Of a stretch of 64,000 bases of DNA, positions 23,421-37,500 are shown piece by piece (position 1 is the stretch's first letter; every line of letters begins with the position of its first letter). The position numbers were made by a program, and so were the translations under genes. This DNA is from Heterodontus francisci (Eukaryota): the NCBI RefSeq assembly GCF_036365525.1, contig NC_090390.1:56650153-56714152 (forward strand). The letters run 5' to 3'. A model generated the notes under the pieces. That model was given only the letters and a program-made list of their open reading frames with translations, did not search any database and was not told where the DNA came from.

Positions 23421-26400
23421 TACACAAGCTGAGGGATGATTATGTTAACCCAAGAATTTGATTGATTGTTGATGTTTATGATGTTAAAACACATTCTTGC
23501 TTTGGAGGAAGATGATGCAATACGGTGTGACAATAGAAGTGGCCCCAAGATGAGCACGTGGTGACACGGATTTGTTTGGTTGTTTTAAGTTTTAATGAAC
23601 AATAGGTTGCGGTAAAGGTCACTTAACAGTGTGACCGTCTGGCTAGATACTAGGCTCAAAGGAGGCTGATTATTGCTCAGCGGAAATCAGGAAAAGGGGC
23701 TTCTAATAATTATAAAATGAGTTAGATTAAGTTGGCAAATGCTTTGTACCTGAGTTCCGGTGGTGTTGCTGTTCTCGGGCCCAGGTAATGGGGGAATAGC
23801 CATGAATCCGATTTTTCACATTTATAAAATGTTAGGAGAGAATTTAACAGTAAAGAATAATCTTGAAATTGGAAATAAATAGAAACAAACATTGTATTTG
23901 TCTAGAAAATATGAAAATGGTGAATAATTCTTCATTCCATTATGACAGATTTTCCCGGTTTGGGAATGGAGTTGTAAAGATTGGGATGGCATGGGCAGTG
24001 ACTGGAGCAGCTAGCGATACCTTGATATTAGCTAAATGTTGGATTCTGTTTCAATTGTGGAACTAATTTATGGAACATTCATTTCTGCGGCTGCTGTTGA
24101 GTTTTATTGTGTTTAGCACAGAGGGGTGATCATAATCTCTCATGGAGCCTTGTAACACTCGTGGAAGTTGGTAACAGATTCAGCAAATAACAAAAGGCAT
24201 TCAATATTTGGAATGAGTTTGGTTTTGTGTCTGAGGTTAATGTACTGTGGCTGCAGATGGAGATCGAGACTGGCTGGTATTTTGGATTAAATCTGGTTAC
24301 TGGTCTGTAGAAGATTGAACGGTTTTGTTTGGGTCGCAAACCGGCTTAAACTTTGATCGATTTTGGATGGTGATGGTTTCTGGTTGCTAACGGTACATTT
24401 GGTTGCTAACGCAGCTTATCTACTTACCTCCGAGCTGTGCTTTTTCCTTAACTGAAGGCTGAAGCAGTTTGGTTACTTAACTACGATCAAGTTCAGTATT
24501 GTAACTAAAAAAATGTGCTACTATTGATCACGCTGGGTTGAGGTTGGATTATCCAAACTTTACCAGAATCTGAATGTTGACTGGAGGGTGATGGTAAACC
24601 TGGTTACCAATCTGTGCTATGATTATAGCTGGTTACAAGACGCAACTGCTGCTGGAGGCTGATTTGAGCAACTGAAGGTTGCTTCTCTTTTGTGGTGGGT
24701 TTAACACTAGAGTTGTGTTAGCACATGACTGAATATATGAACAGTTGATTTTGTAGTTTTAAACTGACTAAAAGCTAAGGTTAAGTGCAGTTAGATGAGT
24801 CATGCACCAGGTACAGCAATTACATTGGATGCACATTTCTTGGCGTCAGGCATCATGGCGACGCTGGGAAAGATGCAATACGAGATCGCAGCAGACATTC
24901 AACAAATTATTGATACGACAGGAGGGAAAATAAGATAAACAACTTAGTAAACGGAATTAATGTCAGTATTTTAAAAACTCGTTATTACTATTCAATTGGA
25001 CTGCGATTATCTGTGCCCAGATACAGTTACTTGCTTTTCCTATTGGAATGGACGACATTGAATAATTTATGTTAAATGAACCCTCTTTTATGCTTGGATC
25101 GATCGTTAATTCGCCACTGAGATTATAGCGTTTTAGCCACTTCGGTTTTATATTCTTGAGATCAGGGACAGAGACAAACTGATTGGAATTAAGTTTGCGG
25201 AAGTTGTGTTCCATAAGAGCATTTGAAGATATGTCTGGTTGTAGAAATAAAATTCCAGACGTACGATCAATTGAATGGAGAGGTACAGCTGGATATTTCT
25301 TGAGTTGCATCCAATGAGTGCATATTTTACTTAATTTATCAAGGTAGAATTAAGGCATAGAAGCATTCAAGCACAGAAAATACATATTTTTAATTATCCA
25401 TATATAATGACAGTCTTAAACACAATTCATTGCGCTGTAAATGCTGCTGAGACTATGCAATAGATTTGATAGACAGCGAAGTAGCGCGATATGCACAGTT
25501 GTTGTCCGAAACATTTCAAACCTCTACAATTTATTTACTATTAGCAACAGATATGCAAGCGTAACACACAACGTATTTAGTGCTCATTGGACCGTCCGTT
25601 GATTAATGAATAAATTAATCAGTTGATCGATGACAAAATCTCTAACACCGCAGCTAGATTAGTTGAGGTAGATGTACCATTAAGAAATGGATTAATTTAT
25701 GACAGTCTAATTGAATCCTAGGTTTAATTAAGGAACTCGCTGGTTAGCCGGTTGATCGAAGTGAGATGCACCCATCCCGTAATCTGAGTATTTCATGGTG
25801 TGTAGATATGTGAACCATTAAAATAACGCATTAACCGTGCTGATCAGTCAGAGTTTGTAGGATGATCTGATTTTGATAAATGATGATAATAGCTGATTAA
25901 TAAACACAAAGCTAGAAATTTGCTGACTAGATTCAAGTCGCTTTCTAGGTACACTAATTCCCCAAAATATCGCATTCCTGATTTGACTGACAGTTCCAGT
26001 TTCCCCATCAAGTTGGTAGATTGTCGAAAGATTGGCATGATCCCTTCTATTGATTACATGGTGGAGCCTTGTAAGCATAAGATCAGTTGGAACCAACTTT
26101 TCAGAGCGTAGTAATTATCAAATACATAAAAACTCACTGATCTGATTTTTATGATAAGCAGAACTTTGCCACTCATCCCATTTACATTCACTTCACTAAT
26201 CAGTTACATACCTCAGCTGTCCTGATTCTTAAGAGTGGCAAAAAAGCAGCCCGATTCACAAATACAGTTCGATTGACACATATAGGGCCTTGTTTCAAAA
26301 ACATTTTTTTACATTATTATTAATTCAAATACAATTTTTAAAATCCATCTCTAATAAGATTACTTCTTCATATATACGCTGTTATCCAATTAAACATCAC

Positions 26401-29400
26401 CCCGCTAATACTTTGTTTTTAAATTGAAGCTTTCAGTAGCAAAGCTGAATCGACCTTATTGGAGTTCGACTTTGTTTACTTGATTATTGTGCTGGCTGCT
26501 GAAAGCTGACTGCGGAAAGGGCCTGGTTAATTGATTGATTGACAGGGGCTGCGCTCTTGTCCTGCTCTGGGCGGCAGGTGTGAAAGTCCTGCTCCGTTCT
26601 ACCACATTAACCTTTTCATGCTTTCACGGGGTCGCGACACATTACAAATGGTCAGCTTTAATCATTGTGTCAGCTCGTTAACGTGGCGCGCCCCTGCAAA
26701 CAGCGCAGAATGATCAGTCTTCATTCCGCTCTCAGTCAAGCTCTGGGGCTGCTGCCAGTATTTAAACTACAAACAGAAACTGTAGCAGTCCCAGAAAGTT
26801 ACAAAACCGGGCGTAATTATCCACTGTGGTCTTAAAGTAGACACTAAACATAGATGTGATCCAACTTGTTGGGAGATCACACACACTACTGCAATTGAAT
26901 TTAATCAATTTGGAATTTTTGAACAGTTCATCAAAAATCTAGTTCCATATTTTCCAGATCATAAAGATTCATTTGCTGCAAATGTTTTACTGGAAGTGAA
27001 GTTACCATGACTCACTTGCGATAGTAAGGTGCTCAAATTATATTTTAAAAATGTACATACACCGTGTATAATTCCTGATAATTAAGTTTCTCTTTAAGTT
27101 ACTCAACTAAAATTCAAATTCATTAGCCATATGTGCACATGAGCAAACATTTTACTATGTGATATATTGCCTACAGCTAAGCAGGGATCCGTGTTTGAAT
27201 GGAGTTTGGAGGTAATAAAGATAAGGCGTGAAATCTACATTGACATATTAAATAGGCACATTTTGTGAACCTTAACTATTTAAAAGCCTGTTAAATGCGC
27301 GCATCTGCTTAAAGAGAGCGCTTAAAATTACATTTTAAAACGGGTTCGTCCGAAGCCGCCTCTGCTGTCTTTCGTCATACAGCTTGTGTCTGTAGCTTTT
27401 TGAGGTTTTTTCCACAGTATTTTCTTTTGTAAAGTGGCCAGAGGAAACGTACCTAAAATAGACCTGATCTGTAATCACTGCTACTGTATCACGCCTGTTA
27501 GTGCTTTAAGCAGAGATTGCAAGAGCGCAGAAAATGGAATCCTCCTTCCTCCCTCCCCATCCCCAAAAAAAAGTATAGAGGATGTCAGGCGCGCATTGTC
27601 GCTAATGAAAATTGATCTTTAGTAGGTTTATGCTGCTGGAAAATAGCCTCCTGACCGCCTATAATATTGCAAAGGTTCCACCTGCAGTGACAGATGAAGT
27701 CATAAACAAGTTTGATCTGCGAATCAAGCTTCGATAAATATTAAACACAGTCCTTTACACGTGTGTATTATGATGTATGGCGCGTCGAACTTTAAAATAA
27801 GGAAATTACCGAAGAAAATGATATCAATAAATTTTCTAAGTATAAACGTTGATTATGTTTCGATTTTCATTCAAAAGCTTGCTGTTCCTGGTACAAATGA
27901 CATCTCACAACGGGCTGCAAAAAGGCTCCCTATTCCACGGGAGCCTGGAGGTGTACAATTTATGTAATCGGGGCTGGAAAATGAATTGTGTAATTTATTG
28001 GAAAACAGAAGTCATCGAGATTAGATCAGCATAGCCTATCAAAGGGCTACAATCCATCAAGTTCCAATTAACAACCTAAGACGCGTAAACCATAGAGCGT
28101 TAATGGGTTTCCAATCTACTGGACTGATAGACTCATCAATTCCTCGGGGATGAATTAAGAAAATCGACCGCCCCGTAGCGTGTAGTGTCATTCTTTTCAG
28201 CAACTATATGTCAAATTAAAAACACAATTAAAATTTAAACTGTTTCAATCAGAGGTGCCCTGCAACCTATGTTTCACTTAATAGAACTTTGATGAAAATC
28301 TGATGGTTACACTCCATCATTGAGGCGAATGGGACTCGGAGGTGCAAAGGATTCTTTAAACTGCGTTTCTAAAAACATAATAATGGACCCGGGTGATGTT
28401 CAGTAGGGCTCACACTTACACCAGGTAGAGCAAGGGGCTGGTTCCCAACTGAGCAGTAGGTGCTTCAAATCTGGTACTTATTTTGTATATCTGATGAAGT
28501 TGTCCTGCAGAATAAAAATTCGGGCTCGATTAGGAAGCGCGGAATCACGGTTGATTACTGAGTAAACCTATTGGAGAGATGCCTTTACAAGAGACAAGAG
28601 TACGAAATGCATACAGAGAATGAAGACATTTAGCAGCAGCAGCTGAACTGCATTTGGACTTTCCCTTTTCCACATATGATGAGTATCACAATATATTTAG
28701 AGTTTCGAGATGAAGTTTGAAGACATCCTGGATATCGCGTGCTAATTTTGACTACCTTTTCCCCTCTATGCCAACAAAATCAAGGTCACAACATTCCAGG
28801 AGCGTACGATGAACAATGTAGCTCATTGAAACAATATTTTACAGACATTTTGCGATCAATACGAACTAAAGCATAATGCTATGCCAATCTATTAATGCAC
28901 TTTAATGGCCCCTCGCTGAGTTTGCATCGCACAAGTCGATACGGGAACGTGATTATCTCGAAGATGCTTTATATCTCGTCCCTTTTCATAAAATAAACAC
29001 AATTTAGGCACAAAGGAATTTGGTAAACAAAACGTACTAACCTATCAAATGCCACCGTTTCCCCCCGGAAAGTCGCTAGGTATATCTGAGAGATAGGCAG
29101 AAAGAGTAATGCCGCAGTTAAACAGATATTTTGGAGAGTTCGACGCAAATTAGTGCAGTTGTTAAACTATAAAATACCCGCAGGCCGCTGAAGCTGAACT
29201 GAGCTCCCTCACAAATGATCTGCATGGTGCTTCTGAAGACTGTACTGGGGAGTGATGGAAAGGTTATATCTGTTCGGAATGATTGTAGTGTTTGCTATAC
29301 AAAAGTTTCCTGTATTTTGCACCAAATAAAAGAAATACATGTTTGTGTAAGGTACAAACATCTTAGCGGCATACATGCAGCCATATTTACAGAAATGAGC

Positions 29401-32400
29401 AGGGATCACGTTGTATCAAACAAAAGCAGAGATTTGGAAACCGAAACGTTTAAATGCTAAGCAGGAGCTGTTCCCATTTCTGATTTGTCTTTGTACTAAT
29501 AGCGCCTCTTATTTCTGAGACACCACTCTGTGTAACAAAAGCAATCCTTTCTCTGTCCTGTATGCAACCGCGTGTTCTGCAAGTACGGCTTTTAAACCAA
29601 AATGTTGTTAGTCTTTCAAAAAATATATATAATTTGTGTAGACTTTTCCATTATAATGATGATTGTGTACATACGGACTCAGTAATTATTCACATGCTTA
29701 ATGGATCTGAAACAAGCCAGCATGCATCCTTAAGTTTTATTTTTTGTTGTTTTAAATGAAGTTTTGTTGAATTACGTGAAGGATAAACTGCTTATATAAA
29801 AGGGTTTCTTAGATGAATATTGTGGTAAAGATGTAAAGTCTCCTGAGCTACATGTTCTGAGTAGGAATCATTTTATTTAGGCAGGTTTGTGGAAGTGACT
29901 TTCAGAAACTATTTTACAATGCAATTCTCTCTTAACAGTTCTGTCTGCCAATTAATTCAGCCATTGAGCGAGAAAATTATTTATGTGTGGGAATGGGTGA
30001 CGAGTAAAATTGGTGGCTGAGATAGCTATGTTGAGGAGGAAAAATAACGTAAAACCAAAGGATGAATGATAGAAAATCGAGAACAATAAATCAGCCTACA
30101 TTTTTTCTCAAATATTTTATTTGGGTCCGTAACTATTATATTACCATGAGCATAAGGACGCAGGCTGATTTTTTTAACCTACATTGTATAGAAAATTTAA
30201 AGAAACGCCAGTGAATAAAACCTGGAAAACTGCGATGCACTCGAATGGAAGAACTCAGTAACAGTGAAGCATGCAAAATTACTAAAAAAAAACATATGGA
30301 ATGGGAGGATTACTGCAATCGTAAATCTTCAAAATGGAATTATATTTAAATGGTTTGCATGTATTTGAAATGGTTCCCATTTTCAAAAGTATGATTACAT
30401 TTCATTATATCACCATATTATCTGAATTAACAAACTAATTGAGTTCTAAATCTTATTATTTTAATAAATACACATTTGATTTGCAAATGTAGAATCTAAT
30501 GAAAGGAGGCGGGGGGCAGGGGGGGGGGGTGCGGTGGGTTGGTGGGGGGAGAGGCGATCACACAAAGCCATAAGATCCAAAAACTGACACTAAACCGCAT
30601 TTCTATTTTCTTTTATGTAACGCTGAATTGATTATTGGGGTGAGATAGATTTCCACAGGTTGATAATGAATCCGATACAACATAATTACTGTTTCAGTAA
30701 AGCTGTATCAGTAACAGGGCACCACGTATTTTTTTGTGCAAGCGTCTTTTAGTTAGAAAACGTTTTACAACTTGGTCAATTTTAAAATGTTATCAAAGTG
30801 CAAAATATTAAGTATAACCTCATTTTTATTGGACCGGCCAGTTCTTGATAGAGTGTAGATTAGGTCAGAAAAGGTACTTTTAGGACACTCAATACAAAAT
30901 AAAAGTACTTTTTCATATTTGTAGTCGCTGTTTTCTGTTGAATAAACTGTTGAGTGTTTGCTATATAAACGTCTTAAAAGTTTATGCTGACACTGTTGTC
31001 ATAAAGTTTAGTACCGTCAACAATACAAGGCACCATTTTGTTGTTACTTCACACAAGGGGCAACATATTTTGACTTCTGTGTTGTGTTTATTTTCAGCCA
31101 CGACCGATAACAAATTAAAACACAATCAAAGGCACAGAGCCACAAATTTAGCGCCCTGTCGCTTGTGAATCATCTGACAGAACTGTTGACAGCTTTCACG
31201 CGATAAACTAACAGCAATGCTATCTGAAAATCAGAATCTGGTTTCTTGGACGTCAACCATAAAAATACACACGGAATAACCTAGAGTCGTTCGTCTGTAA
31301 AGGACTTTAACCGTGACCTTCTGCAAAAGTAGGAATGGTTAAAATATATTTTCAGTATACAAGCACCGGCACATATCTGTGCATTCAAGGGATTACTAAA
31401 CTCGGTTGGTCTGTACTTGATCCAGCAACGCCACCCGACTGGTTTGCGGCTCCCGTTTAAATATCACACTAATCTCAGCATCGAAACTGCCCACTTACTT
31501 GCAGGAGCTCCATTTTTAAAATAAAAAAGAGCTGTCACTTAATATAAAGGTAGTTGTTTAATCCATAAATAAATATATTCATATCCTGCGTGTGTACAGA
31601 TATTTGCCAGGTGAAGTGTACTGTGACTGACCCTTCCAGCTATTGCGAAATACGTCTACAGGTTATACTGACAACTGTAAATAGTTACCGTTCCGCAAAC
31701 TCTTGGAGAATCAATCAGTTCTCCCAATATTCTTCAATACAAATTGGAAGAACTTTTGAAAAATAAAGCTTTGATTGAAAAAAAGCCATACAGATCAACC
31801 ATCGCTTTCATTGCAATTTCCTAACCTGTATTACAGTTATTTTAATTAACCACTGTCTGGGGTTTCAATACTAATGCTGTGAAGGGAGACATCAGATGTG
31901 ACCGTAATACAAAATGTGACTCATTAAATAAACACGAACCTCACTACACTGAACATAAAATACAATACACCACGTATCAGGTAATATTTGACTAAGAATA
32001 AGTCAGAATAATTATATAAAAACTGAGGTGCCTTTTCCTTTACTAGATAGAATAACGTATTCCTCCAGATTAGATACACTAATGCATAGTGCAAAATACC
32101 AATCCAGCTAGTTTCCCAGTAAATAATGATGTCCTTAAGCATGGAAACCATGAAATTTTCGGCCTACCAACTGATCGTGATTCGGTATCTGCAAATAGCG
32201 TGTCGTTTTTGGCCACAGATGGTATTTTTACACTTTATTGGCGAAACAGCAGTTTTAGTGTTTCTTGAGCTAGTGTTTGTATGAAACTACACAGTTGAGT
32301 AACAAAGGATGATTACATTTTATTTTAGTTCACAACAAGTCTGCTCAACAAAATTCGGCATTACAATATCAAAAAACGCCAATATTTTATTTCTTTTTTT

Positions 32401-32581
32401 TGCTAAAACATACAGAACACCCATTATTCTCGCAGTAAATAACTTACATCTGGGGAAATCATCAGAAATAATAAACACAAAGTATTGTCTGAAAAACATT
32501 AGAAACTTTATCTTATGACCTCTGTCAATAAATTTACAATCCAGCTAAATTAAAATACGTCGTCACCACGTAAACAGTACA

Positions 32582-32587
32582 TTTATT
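32582..32587 (-). terminator. Candidate HMX3 polyadenylation signal (AATAAA); further candidates at 32386-32391 and 32234-32239
   Basis: Minus-strand AATAAA ~500 nt after the stop codon in an AU-rich UTR. Confidence 0.45.
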
Positions 32588-33093
32588 AAATAAATAAACA
32601 GAACTTTAAATATTTTTCTGATTGTCCTTCAGTTAAAGCGCCTTGACATTAGAAACTTGATAATGTTCAGAATCGCCACACACTAATCGTCACACGTTAT
32701 TCCAGTTTAGTCCAATATAAGTGGGATTTCAACTTGCAATGAATTTCCTCTATAATCCAAAACAGTGCTTTAACTTCTTTAGTACAATATTGCACAGATA
32801 CGTGAAACAATAGTAAAGAACAACATTTTCACCACTCCTTTTAGTACTTACAAAAAAGACATTTATAGCAGATCCTCTCAAAACTACATGGCTTAATCTT
32901 ACAAAACAAAAATCGTCAAATTAAAATGAGAACAAATTGAGAAACCCAGTCTGGCCTTAAAGGGGTACAGATGAGGCTAGAGGATGTGAGCAATGTAGAA
33001 ATTTACAGTTGATCTTCTTGTGGATCGTTGCTTCAAAACTACAAGGTATAATCTTACAAAAAAAAGTAATGCAAGTTAAATATTAAAATAAAA

Positions 33094-33762
<669 letters not shown>

Positions 33763-33795
33763 TTAGAAAGGATAATGTGCTTAAAGATCCCTTAC

Positions 33796-34090
33796 CTTCT
33801 GTCCTTGGAAGATGAACCCCCGATGACAGCGTGCAGGGGTACCACCAGGCGGGGGACCTCTCCAGGTAATGCGCCGGGAGCGCAAACCTCTGTGCCGGGA
33901 TTTCAAACCTTGGGAAGCCGGGCTCCCTGCAGTGAGGTAAGGAAAAAGTAGCGCCTTCAACCACCCCTTTCACCGCCGAAAGCAAAGTCTTAGGCTTCGA
34001 AGGCTTTCGATCACAGTTCAGCAGGTTTTTGATGGAGAAGGAGGACTCTTTGGGCGCAATGGGACTCTCCTGTGCTGCTGTCTCGGGCAT
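33796..34090 (-). CDS. HMX3: HMX3 exon 1 (coding part)
   Basis: Kozak GCCACCATG; [12 protein letters not shown] (eh1), [27 protein letters not shown]; donor G|GTAAG; 295+605 nt gives 299 aa. Confidence 0.97.
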
Positions 34091-34429
34091 GGTGGCCTGA
34101 CTCGGATCATAAACTGAAGGAATCGTGCAGTCTGATCGGAAAGCAGACGGCGTTGATCAGAATCCCGGGAGTTCAGAAAAACGCACCAAACTTTTGCATG
34201 TGGGTACAGTGGAAATCCACAGCAATTTGGAAGAGAGTAGGAGGCATTCAGCGTCAATCTGGCGCCAGATGATAATGATGAAATAAAAATGTCATACAAG
34301 TTAAATGCAGAAAGTATACGGCGATTGGGCACGCACAATGGCAAATGGGATTACCGAAGGAAAAAAAGAATGGCATGTAATGAGTCCACCTCCCTATACT
34401 TTGCGCTTCGCTTAAGGCTATAAGAGCTC

Positions 34430-34560
34430 GCCTGTTATTGGCTTTATATAGTCCAATTAGGCAGCAAATGAGGACGAGACTAATACCACAAAAGAAACTC
34501 GTCCTGTAAACCACCACTAGACGAGCAGTAGGCAAATGACTTACTCTTGTCCATTGGCAC
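34430..34560 (-). promoter_or_regulatory. Putative HMX3 core promoter
   Basis: Minus-strand TATATAAA at 34443-34450 with an adjacent CCAAT (34453-34457) and a further ATTGG near 34553. Confidence 0.55.
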
Positions 34561-37500
34561 AAAATGCTGCTTCATTTCCATCTGTAGGGGAAATTTGTTT
34601 AAAGTGCCCAGGCTTTTGCTGCTCTGTCATTTTGAGCGCCTCAACACTCTGGCTGCCCATTGAGGCAACACATTTTACAATGAGAAAACAAAACAACCTT
34701 GTTTCTATAAATTGGTTATTTTCCAGGCTTTGGCTTTTGAAAGTTCAGTTTCTATCTGGGCTGCGTGGTGCAGTACAGAAAATAAAAGCTTCTCCGCGTT
34801 TAAAGCAGCCAGATTCAAAAAGAGACGTCTGCAGTGTTTTAAACAGAGACGTTCAATTTGTGAGGTTTTCGTGATAAAGTATTATATGCCAGGGATATAT
34901 GGCACATTAAAGCGCGATTTTATGAAGTGTAGCACTGCAAGAAATAGCAATAATTTTATTATGGAAGCAAGCCCAATTTGTATATGAAGATTTATAAGTA
35001 GAACGGATATGCTGTGATTTCGCATATGTCATTTTAATGTACTGTATTTCTCATGAGTTCATTTAATAGAGACGAACCATTTTGACTGTTTGCCTGACGA
35101 ATTTAACCTTCCCCCAAACAAAAGTCGCGAACCGCTTGCGCACTTTGCTTTATAAAAGAAAAGCGCAGACGTATCTAATGTTTCCAAATATTATTTTAGT
35201 TAAAGTCTATGATAATACAAATAATACAGTTTAAACACTTGCAAAATGTTACAGCACTAATTTAATAGAACGAGAATTGAGGAAGAGGAGATAATTATTC
35301 TGTAAACGAGAACAATTTTATATTAAAATATCACTTGAATATATTCACTTGGTTTTGATAAATGTCAACTGAGGACTGATTTTTTGACTATTATTATTCC
35401 AATTTATACTGCAGCAAATCTCACGACAGACCTTTTTATTCTACGCACCTCGCCAGCTCAGTTTAGCAAACGACATAACGACACGGTAATTTGATTACAT
35501 TTGTTTTGGAAGCTTTAATTAAGGTTTACATTTAGTTTATTTTCATATGACAAATGTGTTTCCTTTACGCTGCAGCTGAACATAACACATTGTATTACTT
35601 CTATATTTACATAATGTTCCAGAATTGTAATCAGATAGAAAGCGTCAATTTGCTGTTTGGTCTTACAGTACATAATAGGCAATGATGGCAACAGCCCAGC
35701 TCTTATCTATAATGCAGATAATTTATAGCACTAAGGAACAGGTCAACATTTGGATGAATGTGCGTGAAAATTGAAACACCCATCTTCATTCCCTGTACAT
35801 TATTTGCTACCTATGGCCTTTGCTGTTTATCCAATGTTATCTTTCGTTTCATTCAGTTGAATGACAACATTCACACCTGAGTGCCATTCCACGAAGATAC
35901 TAGGCTCACTCTTAGTGTAAACGACCAGGCTAATGGACCAGGTATTTTCCGTTGACACTTAGCAAAATGATTATTGGTGTACACATCTGAATTATCATTC
36001 AGCACATATTACAATTGTATTATTGTCCATTCTAATGTTTGCAAATTAAGGAATACTACGCGCCGTGACATCCAAAAAAGCATTTATTCAAATCTATGGG
36101 GAAAATGAGTCATGGGTGCAAAACTTTATACATAAAGATACATGTTAACTATTACACAGGGCAGTAAAAGGTAGCTACTGCAAAGATAATTACAACTACA
36201 ATGCATTTCCCTACAGGCTGCAGATTAATTCATCATTTGCATCTGCAATTAATTTGTCTTTCAAAAAGAAAATCACCTGCATGCACAAAAGGACTAAGTC
36301 GTGTTTATAGTCATTATAAAGGGGACTGGACTTACTTCCAAAGTTCCATCCCCATTACGCCAACGCTATAAAGCTCTTTTGTTCTACAGCTTCACGTATT
36401 TGCCTGCTGAACTGAACCATAGTCAAGGAGACTGAGTGCGATTGTTTGCGAGATTATATACAGGGGAAAAAAACATCAGGCATCAGTCAGTTATTTAAAG
36501 GCACCTGCTGAATGAATGGATAAATATGTGTAATATGCATAGATGGTCAGATGGAAAAGTTCTTTTCAACAGTTTAAACAAGTCTAAATTCTGCATCTTT
36601 TAAAGGGAAGCGCAGCGAACAAAGTGGTAGATTGATCCAAATAATTTTAGATTTGGGAATATGACTTCTTTTAAATGAAGTGCGGATATTTTAGGAGGTT
36701 GGGTTTCTTCTGGTTGTTGCCTCACTAGAGTGCCAGCCGGTTAGAACTACTGAAAACTGCGAGTTACTCATTCACAAGCGGTCGGTGAAACAATTACCGA
36801 AAACGTTTGACATCAAAACATGAATCTCAGTTTCTGTAGGCACATGTGAGCAGCTTAGGGAGGGATTCATTAGAACCACTACTTAACTAGTTTAACCTTT
36901 ATTATCCTTAAGAACTTTTCCATAGTCTATTTACATTCTGATTGAATTAGCTTATCATTACAATAGGAAGTAGCAACATCAGTTATATTCACATTAATAT
37001 AGACAATTGCTACAATTATGTAGAATACCTAGAAATCCTGAAAAGAAAATAACAGTGTCCCTATGTGTAGTGAATGTTGTAATTTAGATTCTATTCTTTA
37101 AGAAATACCAGCTTTTGCAGACCAACAAGCAATTCTTTATTTTTTTAAGTTCAAGTAGGTCTAGCAATTTTATTGCCTGGAGGTGCTGAAGATTATTTTA
37201 AAATCTATTGTATGATCATGTAATTTACCCTGGTTTCACTCTTTGAGATTACATGCGTTCATTGTTCAAACTTTCTTTAATACTTACAGTGTATTATTAA
37301 GGAACTATCTCTAGTTATTTTGAATGGTACGACGGTATCAGATATAAAATATACAGTATATAATAGTTTTATACTTATAAAAGGACAATAACTACGACAG
37401 AAAGCTTCTCTTTATCAGTATGGCGTAGGTAAACAGAAGTTAACACAGATGTAACTAATACAGATTCTTTATGTACTGTTGAAGATACATATATACGTTA

